Below, piece by piece: positions 11,876 through 24,923 of a DNA stretch of 64,000 bases. Each line of letters starts with the position of its first letter. Within the stretch, counting starts at the first letter, position 1. Source of the DNA: Perna viridis (lineage: Eukaryota); NCBI GenBank assembly GCA_037379345.1, contig CM074513.1:49083195-49147194 (forward strand), in the 5' to 3' direction. The position numbers were made by a program, and so were the translations under genes. The notes under the pieces are model-generated. The model made no database searches and had not been told where the DNA came from. It saw nothing but the letters and a program-made list of their open reading frames with translations.

Positions 11876-14800
11876 GTAAGTTAATTTATAAATATAAAAA
11901 AATCTTTTTAGAACATAGTATGAAAATGATCATTTTTTCTTATATCTGCTTGTTTAACACCTTTTCTTTAAATTTTTTCATCATTGAAAATCATTGAGAT
12001 TCATTCTGTTACACTGTTATCCCGAAAGTGTCAATATTTAAATGCTCTCTTAAAACATACCAGTATATTTTGTTACTTGAATTCAGTATTGTTTAATACA
12101 CCTTTTCTTGATGAAAACACAAAGTATGGTAAATATTAGGTAAAATTATGATTCTTTAATCTCATCCCATTCCCATTCCTTAATTATGGCTCATTATAAC
12201 AGACAAAAACATGACACTATAGATTACTTTAATTAGAAAAAATATTGACTTATTTGTTAGATGCTTCATGGTATAAATACACTGTGCCAGGACTTTATAT
12301 GGTTTTCCCTTCGACTTAAATACCTTAATGTCCTTATTCTGGTTTAATGCAATACTGTGCATAACTATATTGCTATGCACATGTTACACCATGTAACTGC
12401 ATTTTAAAAGGCCTATATTTATCATGTTAAGTTAATTTATTGGCAGACGGTTTACCAAATGTTTATCAGTCTATTTTGCAGGATCACTTTTTCATATTTT
12501 AAATGACCCTGTTAAGCCATTGATATAAGCAATGGGTCTTAATAAATTACAATCAACATTTCACCACAAACAACATAAAAATTGATGAGAAAAAAGAAAA
12601 ATTATCAACATTTTTGGGGATAAATTTATCATTATTCTTTAAAATAATCATGTTACAAACTGGTCTAATTATACCGTCAAGGTATCAATGAAGAACTCTC
12701 ATATTGAGAATCTGTATTACGGCTAACAAGCATAATCTCATTGGAACAAATCAAATGAAGGATGATTTTTCACAAAGTATTAAAAAGACTTAAGATGACT
12801 ACAAATTTTCGATGGTACATTTTTAGTCATGAGCAAAAGGATGAAGCTTTTATTTTCATTTATAGAAAAGCAATTAAATGTTTAAATAGTTGGTTGGAAG
12901 GTATACACCCATATCCTTGACAACAATTCCTGTCTTATTAAGAAAGGTCACATCAAGGACAGACTGACTACAGATTGGCTAGGTTTAGTAGGGTAAATGG
13001 AATGATTTATAGGGTAGTTTGGGTATATGTCAGTTGCCATTATAAAATGAATCAGGGACTTTATATACTATCAGTATAATTCTTTTTTCAAAAAAAAATA
13101 ATAATATTACAAACAAAGCACACAAATCAACAGAAGATATTGAGAATGCTCTATTTTTTGTCTCATTTAAACAAGTTTTTTCTCATTCTATCAAATCAAT
13201 GATGGTGTTGAAGAGAAAGAAATAAATTCCATCAAATTATAACTTTAGTGTTAATCTAAATTGACTTGAGGTTATAAACAATTTGGATTAGCTTATATTA
13301 ATAGAAAAAAATCTAATAGCGGTAGAACTAACAAAAGACCAATTCTCTGTTGGTAAATAACCCTTTATATCATTATTCCAAGTTTGTGTAATGTTATGTC
13401 ATTTTACTTAAGTGTCTCCATTTAATTTATCCTCAATTAAACTAATTGTTATGCATGTAAAGTAAAAGAAATTGACATTTGTTGTTCTACTTCCATTTCA
13501 GTTAACACATTAGGTAATATTACCTATTCTTATAATAACATCTCATCTTATAATAATTAATCTGATAATCTGGATTTCTTTTATCAGTTAAAGAATTAAT
13601 GAAACATTTATTCCTTTAATCAAATTAATCTAATTGAACAACAATTGAAAAAAAATAGTCTACTTTAATTAAACAGTCACTAAATCTAAATCTCGTTAAC
13701 GGGTATTACCGGTAAAAAAGTATGTTATGCAAACTGAAGATATGCCTCCAATTTCTGAATTATTGCTTAACTATTCTAAATTTAGAACTACCAAAGGATG
13801 ATGCTCTCCTAATGATGTTTAGTTATAAAATATAAGTACCCCAAGTTTTTGTCTACATGTTCTTTTTTTTGACTTATCTCAACTGAAGCCTTTTTTATGT
13901 TAGTGATGAATATATATAGACAATAACAGCCCACTGAATTAAACTGATGCATATGAGTTAAGCACTGCAAAAAATGTGAGACTGTCCCAATCATTTTCAG
14001 CAGTTTGAGCAGTATCATTTATGTAAGTTTTCTGTCTCAATAATGTCTTAAGCCAGAAAAAACACATTTTTCATTTGAAGCTGGTGACATCCAGGTAATT
14101 GTAATGTAAAGTTTTTGACATCACAACAAAATGTTATATATCACTCATAAATATATAACTGGTTAAGATCCATGCATTTTGGCTGCTCAAAGTGAAATAG
14201 AGAGATGCAGTTTACTTAGTAAATGAGATAATTAATTTACATTACAGTTAAAGTGGGTGGTATAATACTTCTATACTGCTTTCCTAAGTATTGGTTAGTC
14301 AATTACAAAATCTGTGTTTATGAGACTGGCATCTTTTTAGACCAACCTAACACATAGGAAACTGAAAATATGGCCAGGAGTTTTCCCTATCCTTTTGATT
14401 TTAGCCTCAATCTTTTCCAATATCATTTACCAAGTTCAATGTAATGAGATCAACAACAATACTATTTGCATTGAATTTGCAGTCTGATTTCTTTGAAGTA
14501 CTTTAATATTTATTTACACCATAACAACACTAAACCTCCCAAAAAGAAGTGCCCCTTGAGACCTTTTGACTGAAAAGCATATTTATTTTTTCAAAAAAGC
14601 CAGTCAATATATGGCACATCATATTGTAAACAAAAAGAAGTCTGCATTCAATCAAAGGTGGTGTGGTTACTCAATAGTACACTACTTACCTTAATGTTCA
14701 ATCATATACATGTATATTAAGATTTATATTTTCTTCTTTGGAAGTTGTCATTGTTAGATTATAAGCAAACTTTTACTGCTTAAAATCTCTTTTGATCTTT

Positions 14801-15004
14801 TATAATTACCAATATAAAAATGGGTAAATAAGCCAAGTAATCTATTTAGGCAGGTGGCTCTCAGTTATACCCATAAAATACATCAAATGGGGAGGGAAAA
14901 AGAAAGGATACTAGCATAGAACTAGGTATACCTTTTGACATAACAGATTTACTACCACTGTCTATGTGAAAAATATTTTAACCCGATTATCTTTATCTTT
15001 ACAG

Positions 15005-15037
15005 AGGCTTCAGACTGGTCATACGAGGGAGATTTAG
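15005..15037 (+). CDS. alpha-carbonic anhydrase exon 2 (33-bp exon)
   Basis: Pyrimidine tract plus CAG, encoding (E)ASDWSYEGDL(G), which is the alpha-CA N-terminal W.Y motif. GTGAG donor. Confidence 0.88.
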   Translation, partial: RLQTGHTREI

Positions 15038-15182
15038 GTGAGGACTATTTCAACTTTTACATCTATAAAAAATATATAACTCCTGCACTATAAATATTCA
15101 TATTGGAACTTCATTTTCTGACAACATGCAAAATTTGAAATTAGCTGAAATACTGTCAACTATTCATATATACAGACTAGAA

Positions 15183-15725
15183 AGAAACTACACACCCTGA
15201 CAACTTTGTTCCTCAAAGGAAAATATATAACCCAACACGTGTTCCCTATAGGAAAGTATATAACCTAACACATGCATTCCCTGTAGGAAAGAATATACCT
15301 AAACCCATACGTTCCTTGTAGCTAACTAATATCAAAACTTGTGTGCTCCTTCAAGGAAACTATATACCTGACATATATAAGTTCCCTGTAGGAAACAATA
15401 TACCCCAGCTCCTGTGTTCCTTCAAGGAAACTATATACCCCAACACATGTGTTCCCTGTAGAAAACTATATACCCCAATTCCTTTGTTCCTTGAAAGAGC
15501 TGTATACCATACCCTAACACATTTGTTTTTTGTAGGAAACTATATATACAGACACCTCTGTTCCCTGTAGGAAACTATATATACAGACACATCTGTTCCC
15601 TGTAGAAAACTATGTACTTTAACACTTTTCTTCATCAAAGGAAACTACCACAAAAATTTTGTTCATGGAAGGAAAATTTTTCCAAAAGAAATTTGTTCAT
15701 TGAAGGAGACTATATAACAAAACAA
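15183..15725. repeat. diverged 33-40-bp minisatellite in CA intron 2
   Basis: gttcc(c/t)tg(t/a)aggaaactatata.....acac recurs more than 10 times. Confidence 0.85.
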
Positions 15726-16970
15726 TTTTATTTCTTGCTGTATAAAATAAAAACAAAGGAGAATACATATCAAATCCATTGTAAACTTATGTTAGGATAA
15801 GACCATCTGTGTACCTGCTATAAATCTGATGACCACTCTATGATTTAAACCTGTTCATCATTCTAAATGACAAAAATAAGTCACAAAGTAATTCTAGCCA
15901 AAATCATTCTGACAAATAGTCACCATATTGCTGTCAAAAGGTGTCAGGTTGACCATTAAGTGTCAAGAAATAATCATTTAAATAATGTGTTAAATTGTTT
16001 CTATATTCTGAACATTAAAAGTCTGGCATTGAACAAATTATTACATTCATTGCAGAGTACATATATTTTCTAGACTTAAGACCAAGCAGTATTTTAGAGG
16101 TGACCCACTTCACCTTGATGAAGTGTTATACCTGACATTAGTGAAATTTACATGATGTTATTAAATGTTTCTTTGAATGATTAACTTCTTTTGTTGTCTG
16201 ACAAGCTAACAACAATTTAAAGATTGAAATTGTATAAGTTAAATTGAAATGAGGTTCAGTTCAGATTATGAAGACTTTTGACTGTATAAATCTGTTTAAT
16301 GAAGTGAGAACAAAGGTATTGAAATACATGTATCAACACTACAGAGTTCAAACAGATGTACCTTTCATCTCAAGTTTAAAGATCAAACTTCATATTTTCA
16401 CGGCATGGGTCTGTTGAAACTAGATGAGTTGGTATGACATAAATGCCATTATCCATTGGAAAGTCACATTAGGCAACTTCCAAGGGTCTGTTGAATGTAG
16501 ATGTATAGGCATGACATAAATGCTTCTATCCATAGCACAGTCAAGTAAGACAATGTACAAGGGCCTGTTCAAGCTATATGTTTTGGATTGACACAAAAAC
16601 CTCTATCCACAGGAAAGTAATTAGACTATTTCTAAGGGCCTTGCCTATCAAAACCAGTTCAATACCTGAAAGAGTCTTCAACGAACTCTGAAAAGAAGTG
16701 ATTCTTCAATTCAACATTTAAAGTGTCTAAGGGATTTGGTAACTGTTTTTTTGAAAAACTAATACCACCCATCTACATAGTAGTGGGGCAAAGAAACATT
16801 AATGTCTTTTTCTTTTCCATTTGAAACAAATGATTATAGATAGTGCTTTTAGTAACAATAATTGTTAATTCTAAACTTTGGGTAAAAGTGTTGTTTCTGT
16901 AATACTTTAAGACTTGAACACATTTTGTGATACCAACAGAACACATATTTCACTGTGATATGTATCATAG

Positions 16971-17144
16971 GTCCAAAGTATTGGCATAAGATGTTCCCTG
17001 ATGGATGTTCTGGCAGACAACAATCACCTATAGACATTGTCACCAATGCAGCACATTACAACCCTAAGCTCAATGATTTTGCCATCTGGCATGACCCACC
17101 TAAACCTGGATCCCAATTCAAAGTCGTCAATAATGGACATTCAA
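16971..17144 (+). CDS. alpha-carbonic anhydrase exon 3
   Basis: Encodes (G)PKYWHKMFPDGCSGRQQSPIDI...FKVVNNGHS, containing GP..W, QSPIDI and NNGH (proton-shuttle His64 equivalent). Confidence 0.95.
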
Positions 17145-17531
17145 GTAAGTGATGATCTTAATCTTCTACGATGTAAAATGAAGCAACAACAAAAAAAATT
17201 AGTTATTACAGACATACTGTAATTATTGAACTATATGCATAATGCATAGAACCTTATAAGGAACCCATACACACATACTCAAGTTTCACTTTATAAACAA
17301 GAAAATGCCTGTTTATGCATAAAGGTTGGGTCATACCCCAAAAATCAGTTCTTCCTTTTGTGGAATGGAACTATTTTACAGAGATACATACACTTAAACT
17401 CAAGTTATTGTGTGTAATCTTCTTCAGACAATGATGACCCATAAAGTATTTTACAACCAAATTTTGTTGACAAATTTTCAATGACAAAAAACTATACATA
17501 CTGTAATCTCATATTTATCTTCATTTTTCAG

Positions 17532-17677
17532 TTACTGTTCACACAAATGGGCCTTTCAAGATTACAAATGGTGGTCTACCTTCAATATACTCAACTGCTC
17601 AGTTCCACTTCCACTGGGGCCATGCTAATCATCAGGGCTCAGAACATTTGATTGACCACAGAGCTAGTCCACTGGAG
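17532..17677 (+). CDS. alpha-carbonic anhydrase exon 4
   Basis: Encodes (I)TVHTNGPFKITNGGLPSIYSTAQFHFHWGHANHQGSEHLIDHRASPLE, with Zn ligands in QFHFHWG and the GSEH motif. Confidence 0.96.
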
Positions 17678-17936
17678 GTAAGTAACTCCTCTTGGTGCCA
17701 TACTTATCACCAGGACTCAGAATAAAGATTGCCAAAAGTATTAGAAATTTTAAAAGTACACATCTTACAGATAAACCATTAGAACTATGCTATGCAAATT
17801 AGCATACTGTTATGTCAATTCATGTTCAGAATAGTGATAAGAAAAGAAGATTTGAATATTAAATTTTATCATAAATGGCAACAAGTTTTATAAAAAGTTA
17901 GCCAGATTCAACATAATGAATTTACTTTATTTCCAG

Positions 17937-18032
17937 ATGCACATAGTAAACTGGGACAGTGAGACCTATCAGAGCTTACCAATGGCCATGGTTGAGCCAA
18001 TGGGGCTTGCTGTTCTTGGAATCATGTATGAG
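17937..18032 (+). CDS. alpha-carbonic anhydrase exon 5
   Basis: Encodes MHIVNWDSETYQSLPMAMVEPMGLAVLGIMYE, with the third Zn-binding His (E-M-H) and GLAVLG. Confidence 0.95.
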
Positions 18033-19578
18033 GTATGATGTATTAGAAAAGTTCTATACATGTTTTGAGCATGTCCTTTCAAGAAAATTATTAACAAAAA
18101 AAAATTAATAGCAGTATATCATGTTGTTATCAATTGACTGTTTATCTCAGGAGACAATTGTGGCTACTAAACAAAACTAAGCACATTTAATACAAAACCA
18201 AAGGTACTTGTTTATCAACCTAATTATCTTTTAGCTTGACATTAGAATCTGAATGCTGGATTTTGTGTTAATAAGGTGATAAAATGTTGTTTCACTATTG
18301 TTTTTTTTATATAATAAACCAATGTAAAGACAACTGGAAAAACTGTTCCCTACCCATACTGGGTTCCCATACTGGTTCCCATACTGGGATTACTGGTACA
18401 CAGTCAAAAATATATATCAGTTCATCAGTTCACAGGTAGTTATATTGACGAAATTTCTATTTTAAATAAGATTAACAAATCAATCAGAAAAAAAATGGTT
18501 GTCAAAGAAAAAATTGGTCTGATTGAAACCACCCTCAGAAACCATCCATGTCCATATTGCCTGTGTATTAGTTAACACAATAAAAACAGTAACATATTTT
18601 TAGTTGTATAAACATTTAAGAAAAATGACATAGAAATAAGTTGTCAGTCACAGTGACAAACTCTGAAAAATGGGGGATATCCATGAGCACATGTAACTAT
18701 GTGAAAAATATAGTTAGAAAAAGAAAACTAACAGTACACATTTTGCTAGAGGTTATATATGCTACACAATAAATTATGAGATTGAAATTTATGTTCCTTA
18801 CAATTGTTTATTGCCCTATAATAGCTTAGAATTACAATAAAAACTTCAGGTAGGATAAATGAATCACCTTGACCAAAGTAAAAGTTTTTCCATTAAATGA
18901 TCCCTAACAGTAAAAAGTCAAAGTATTTGATAAATAATTCTACTTTATTTCTGCTTTTTTGTAACAACTAAAATCTTGTAAATCTTATGCTAATTCTTTA
19001 AACATGTTTTGAAATTTTGATGAATTGATTAATGCTGTAGCATGTTAACCTCAACATGACTGCATTGTAGAAACAGATTAAAATCTTCAGTTTTCCATGT
19101 AAAAACCTCAGATTTTATATCCTTGAATGATATTGACATTGTATGTGGGAGTGCAAATCTATAAAACTTTAGTTTGGTTTGTCATTGAAATCACCTACAA
19201 CTATAAATACTAATGACATATCCTATCTTATACATCATAGTAGTAAATAGTCTGTTGGGAAGAATAACAAGGATATCATATCAGTCATAACAAATCACAT
19301 ACAAAATATTTTATATATAGTCTGAAAACATTTTAAAGTTTATCAAAATTAATTATTTTATAAACAAAACAGGCTGTAGCCTGTTACTATCAATTACTGA
19401 CATAATTCCAAGAAAATAAAGTCCAAAAAATATTAGTATTATATATAACTCTGAAGCATTGAGGTAGGAGAGGGAGAAATTACACAGTTTAAAAAATGAG
19501 GACAAATTGATGGAACTTTCCCCAAAATTTATTTGATACACAATGATACAAACTTTCCATCATTTTTTTAATTATCAG

Positions 19579-19645
19579 ATTGGAGAAAAAGACAATGAAG
19601 CACTGGAACCAATCATACAAGCACTAAAACATGTAGAAGACCCTG
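19579..19645 (+). CDS. alpha-carbonic anhydrase exon 6
   Basis: Encodes IGEKDNEALEPIIQALKHVEDP(E). Phase 0/1 fits both neighbours. Confidence 0.92.
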
Positions 19646-20287
19646 GTATGTATGGCAAATATTCCTGTCAACCTTCAGAGTCTATCCAAACTAATGTGTG
19701 GCATAAAGCACATATTAACTGCTGAACTCAGAAATATAATTCAATAACTTCTGGTCAATCTATTGAGCTTCACAATTTCTCTCCTAGCTATTGTATTGGT
19801 ATAGTATCACAAATAAACTTGAGACAGAACACTGAACTCAGACAAAATAATTCATTAAATTTAACATTGGGCCTCATGATGTGTCTCCTAGAAACTCCAC
19901 CATTCTACTGATGGCACTGGATTTAGAATAGATTTGGCCAGTACATTTGACTCTTTGTATCATTTTAGTACTTTCTTACTGGTATTACAGCACAATTAAA
20001 ATGTAGTTTTTCCAGTGATAACACAAACTAAAGCAATACGTGATATTACAGCCAAGAAAAATAAACCTTCACCTCTTTACGGATACCAGACTGTACAGCT
20101 GACAAAATCTTTTAAGAACTTATAATAGCTCCCCTTCCTGTGGTTACCCTACTGAATTCAATTATCATACAGAACTCTAAGCATACTTTCTTTTTTATTT
20201 CATATTCAGTAATGTGTAAAATAAATAAGAGGAAAATTTGTAGTAGATCATTTTGAGTTACTCCCCTTTGTATAAATGATGTTTCAG

Positions 20288-20451
20288 AAAATGATGTTGA
20301 GGAGGTGATTGAAGCCCAGAGTCTGAGGAACTTTCTTCCAGAGGATACATCTAAATACTATAGATACAATGGATCATTAACTACACCAGGTTGTTTTGAG
20401 AGCATTGTATGGACAGTATTTGATGAACCACAATATATTTCTCATAGACAG
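20288..20451 (+). CDS. alpha-carbonic anhydrase exon 7
   Basis: Encodes (E)NDVEEVIEAQSLRNFLPEDTSKYYRYNGSLTTPGCFESIVWTVFDEPQYISHRQ, with the Y.GSLTTP.C.E...W signature. Confidence 0.96.
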
Positions 20452-20661
20452 GTTGGTTTTTTTTCAAAGTTTTCTTCAGATCTTAGAAAAAGTGTAAATG
20501 TAAAAAATTTGATGTGTAATATTTCAGTTGATTCTTTTCATTTAACAGTTTAAAGTAATTGTAACTAGAAAAATTACTTTTAAAAAACTAAAATTTTGAC
20601 AGTTAATTCATAACCTTTTGCATCAAAAGAAAAATAAAAAAACATGTCATTTTTGTTTCAG

Positions 20662-21225
20662 ATGATGGCTTTTAGAAGAGTTCTCCAAAAAAAGCAGCAC
20701 AAAAAAGATAAGAAACACCACAAAAGAAGTGCAACAAAAGAAGAGAAAACTGTCCGTGAAGTTATGGAGGAGGCAGGTATTGATGATACATTGCAGAAAA
20801 TGGAGCTTGAAATGGCTTTAGAGGAGAAGAAGGATAAGGAAGAATCCCTTGGTGAGCCTCCCAAAAAATTCCACCTACACCACGGAGAAAATCCTGAGGC
20901 TAAAAACTTGAAACATGTCAACCAGAGTGGTGAAATCCATTACACCGAGACAGGACCTGAGAAGAGATTAGAGGAACTTGTGATTGACTTAGAGCATAAA
21001 AATGAAGAACTTATTGAAGAGATTAAACGACTGAAGCTGGTCAATAATTTCCGTCCTGTTCAACCTTTATATGGTCGGGTTGTATACAGAAGTTTCCCAG
21101 CAGTGGGTACAATTGGAGAGGACAATAAAATGTCACAAAATGTAGAACCTTGTAACAGTGGTAACAACATTGTCATATCTTGGTCCATCCTATTATTGTC
21201 TGCTCTAATTGCTTTGTATAGGTAG
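20662..21225 (+). CDS. alpha-carbonic anhydrase exon 8 (charged insertion, NFRPVQPL motif, GPI-type hydrophobic tail, stop)
   Basis: Encodes MMAFRRVL-[117 aa insert]-LVNNFRPVQPLYGRVVYRSF...PCNSGNNIVISWSILLLSALIALYR*. All eight exons sum to 1299 nt, i.e. 432 aa plus stop. Confidence 0.93.
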   Translation: MMAFRRVLQKKQHKKDKKHHKRSATKEEKTVREVMEEAGIDDTLQKMELEMALEEKKDKEESLGEPPKKFHLHHGENPEAKNLKHVNQSGEIHYTETGPEKRLEELVIDLEHKNEELIEEIKRLKLVNNFRPVQPLYGRVVYRSFPAVGTIGEDNKMSQNVEPCNSGNNIVISWSILLLSALIALYR

Positions 21226-21740
21226 GAGATTGTTTTAATGTTTTTCTTTGTAAGATTCAATTATTTTTAACTTTTACATTTTTATGTCATAATCCTTTAA
21301 AGACATCTTTATACAATCTTTAAGAGTGTTGTCAATTATAAAAAAAATAAGTTAGGTTTTTATTTACAAGACCTTATAAAATACCTTTAACTTTTCAAAT
21401 TTTACCTTTACTTCTGAAATACAGTGACCATTAAGACAAATTGAACATTACCAAAAATTCAAACAAAAACTCAAAACCACAATTACATGAAATAGTGATG
21501 AGAACAAAATACTAAGAACATCTATATATTAAAAATACTACTGTAATTGTATTACCAATTCATTGTAACATCATGAGTATCTGTACGAGTATGTATGTAT
21601 CATGGTTATAAATGTGAATAAGAGAAAGCATGAGTTAATTGTAAATATATATGCTGTATATATTGTTAATGTTTTAATCAGGAAATTTTTGTTCCATTTT
21701 ACTGATGTTGAGAAAATGATTTTTTTACAGTCTGTGTGAT

Positions 21741-21746
21741 ATTAAA
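21741..21746 (+). terminator. candidate polyadenylation signal (ATTAAA) of the carbonic anhydrase
   Basis: ATTAAA about 515 nt after the stop, followed by a GT-rich stretch (cgttgcttgttagt). Confidence 0.4.
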
Positions 21747-21845
21747 CTTTTAAATATCTTCGTTGCTTGTTAGTCATATCTACTGATTTAAAGAAATATA
21801 TTCTTTATCTTCACAACCACACGATCAACCTAACAGGCTAACAAT

Positions 21846-21972
21846 ATAAACAACCTTACAATCTCATCGAACACAAACAACCTTACAATCTCATCGAACA
21901 TAACCTTACAATCTCATTGAACATAAACAACCTTACAATCTCATCGAACATAAACGACCTTATAAACTCATT
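21846..21972. repeat. about 26-bp tandem repeat
   Basis: aaacaaccttacaatctcatcgaacat, about 5 copies. Degenerate copies resume at about 22478-22560 after an intervening insertion. Confidence 0.85.
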
Positions 21973-22595
21973 TAATAATAAAGAGCTGCACTTTAAGCGC
22001 ATGATACGCTCGTTGCCCTTTTAACTTGTCCTTATGCTTTTAATGAATTTATATGATCAACTAGAAATACTGTGAGCTCTGTCAAATATCCCCCCACCCC
22101 CCCCCCCAAAAAAAAAAAAAAGGAAACAAAAAATGCACAAAAAATTTAGCACTATCAAGGCTACCTTAAGTCTAAGTCTGTTGTCTTGATTTTTCACCCA
22201 TATATTTCTCAACTATTTTCAACAAATACAATTTCCCTGGCCGTTTCTGCCTTTTGTAAAGAGTAAAACTTCATAACATGGAAAAGTAAAATTTGACATG
22301 TATACAATATAGAAGGGAGCTTACCAAAGTTTCATAAAAGTAAGTGGGTGCAAAAACTTGAAAATCCCCTTTTCTTTAAGTATAAAAATTCATAACATGG
22401 AAACCAAAAATCTCAAATTTATAAAAATTGAAATAGATATGAACAATTTACGAAAATTTCATAAAAGACGGATGTATAAAAACAACCTTACACATGGTTA
22501 AGATGTAAACAAATCATACAATCTTATATAATAATAAAAATAACATTACAAACTCATTTAACATAAAAAAAAAAAAAAAAACTGATTACAAATCA

Positions 22596-23817
22596 TTTTT
22601 AGCTCACCTGGTCGTAGGCCTTGTGAGCTATTGCCATTACTTGGTGTCTTTTGTTGTTAATTTTTTTTAAAACCCTTCTCCTCTGGAACAATTTGATCAA
22701 TCAGAACCAAACTTGATATGAATGTTCTTTAACATATCTTGCATGAAACTCTTGTGAGGATTTCGTTGTCAACATTGCCGCATAGGACATCATGAACATA
22801 GGAGTTTTCCGCATATATATCCAAAACCGTTACGTTTAGCAAAATTCTGACGTGAGTAAAAGTGTTCAGCATGATGAGCAAAATTCTGACAGTTTGTAAA
22901 GTGTTCATCATGATGAGGTCTATCTGTGGTTAAATTTTTGTATAACTCTGTTAAGACATGTTGGAGTTATTGCCCTTTTTTGACGACATTTCCCTATTTT
23001 TCATGTGATTTCTTTCAAAAATATTTTCCTCTGAAACTACTGTACCAATCAGAACCAAACTTAGCATGAATGTTCCTTAGAGTGTTCTGTATTGAACTGA
23101 TGAGGAGACTTTTCATCCGATGAAAAACATGACCACCGTTGCTAAAATAGAACATAGGGATCATACAGAATTTTTTCTCCAAAACCGTTAGGTTTAGCAA
23201 AATTCTGACACTTGGTAAAAGTGTTCAGGATGATGAGATCTATCTGTGGTTAAATTTTCGTTTTACTCTGTCCAGCAATGTTGGAGTTACCCTTTTTCAG
23301 CGTTTTTTTCCCTATTTCTAAAGTTATTTCTTTCAAAAATCTTCTCCTGTGTAACTAAGAGACCAATCAGAACCAAACTTGGTGTGAATGTTTCTTATGG
23401 TGTTCTGCATAGAACTATTGTGGGGATTTTTTATCTGTTGAAAAACATGTCTGCCATTACTAAAAATAGAACATAGGGGTCAGACAAGTTTTTCACATAT
23501 ATCTCCAAAACCTTTAGGTTTAGCCAAATTGTGTCAATTGCCAAAATAATCATCATTATAAGGCTTAAGATAGTCTGCATTGGGTCAAAGTTGTCAAATG
23601 ACTCCTCGTTAGAGTAATTGCCCTTGAAAGGTGAAAATGATGTTTTTTAGCAGTTTTCAGTAAACATCTAGAAAACTTTAATGAATAGAAGCTTTCAATT
23701 GATGATATCATCCTTATGATGAGTCCTACTAAAGCCTTCTTCGAGTCGAAATTGTCAGATTATTGCCCTTGAAAGGCAAAAAATTTCAGTGATTCAGGCT
23801 CTATGAAGCTTCTTGTT
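22596..23817. mobile_element. Helentron-type non-autonomous element (HINE/DTC84/MgE-like) with internal satellite repeats
   Basis: Begins tttttagctcacctg...gtgagcta (terminal palindrome). Internal repeats carry caatcagaaccaaactt at about 22698, 23046 and 23364. Ends ...gattcaggctctatgaagcttcttgtt. Architecture is typical of bivalve HINEs. Confidence 0.75.
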
Positions 23818-24658
23818 TACATAATGAATCAGAAGAGATTCACTTAAAAGCTTTTGGCAAAAAATAAGAGAATACTTTTGAGATACGACCTTCAATTACG
23901 ATTCAAATAAATTTATTTTGAATAAAGCCTTGACCAGAATACTCAATATACCACGCCTCTCCCTGGAACTGATTTGTTGATAGCAAACACTGACAATCAG
24001 CGAACAAACGGGAGGTTCTTGTCCGACTTTCTCGTGTGTGTAACAAATTGTCTGATTTTAACGGAAGGAAACTTATATTAATGAAAAATAATAGGTTTAC
24101 TTGTCAAAATATTTAATACAAATTATCGTCGATAAAAAAGCTTAGTTAATAAATTCAAAACTACTTGCAGACATCTTACAAGTTCAGGAATTTCTCATCC
24201 ATTTTTACGGTAATGTTCTTTACAAAACACAAAAATATTACTACTCATCTTATAAATTAATCATAATCCGTAAAACCGTATTTACAAGAGTAGTACATTG
24301 TACTTATCGAGTCAATAAAGACGGCATTTTTTAATGAATATTAATTCCCTCCTTGGAGCTTTGCATCGTAATTAAGCAGGGTAGTTTGAAACCAATTGTT
24401 GACATGACACGGATTATGATATCAATAATTATTATATAGATAGCAGTGACTTACCGCATATTCCCAGTGTAAAAAAAAATCGATAATTCACTCCAAGGAT
24501 TTCCATAGTCTAACTCCTTGTTCACACTGTGAAATAAATTCGGTAATTTCAATCTCACACTTTTTCCCGCCAAAACGTCACGACATGAATATCAATCCGC
24601 CGTTCACAAAATTTTAAGTTTAAGTTGAAAATAGCAACGAGGAAATCTATATAATAAG

Positions 24659-24829
24659 TAGGATAATCAATTGGTTATCGATAATAACCAAAATATGATC
24701 ACTCGTGCAAAGAGCGCATAAAGATTTAACTCGTGCTCGGAACAAGTTCCGAACACTCGTTAAAGCTAGGCGTTCTTAGGCACTCGTGATCATATTTTTG
24801 TTATTCACTCTTTCCAATTAATTATCCTA
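24659..24829. mobile_element. palindromic MITE-like element
   Basis: taggataat.aattgg...aataac.aaaatatgatcac / gtgatcatatttttgttatt...ccaatt.attatccta. Confidence 0.75.
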
Positions 24830-24923
24830 TAAATACAAAGCGACATCACTATTTTAAAGCTGCAGCTATAAAATTACACAAGTTTTGAAATTATGCGACT
24901 TACCGGTACTTTAGTAGTCTTTG

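Noticed and set aside
11821-21225. Calling the CA nacrein
   Set aside because: There is no Gly-X-Asn repeat, the insert position differs, and a GPI-type tail is present. Orthology cannot be set without a phylogeny.
20658-21260. Minus-strand ORFs overlapping CA exon 8
   Set aside because: Antisense shadows of the CA coding frame, with no SAC-like motifs.
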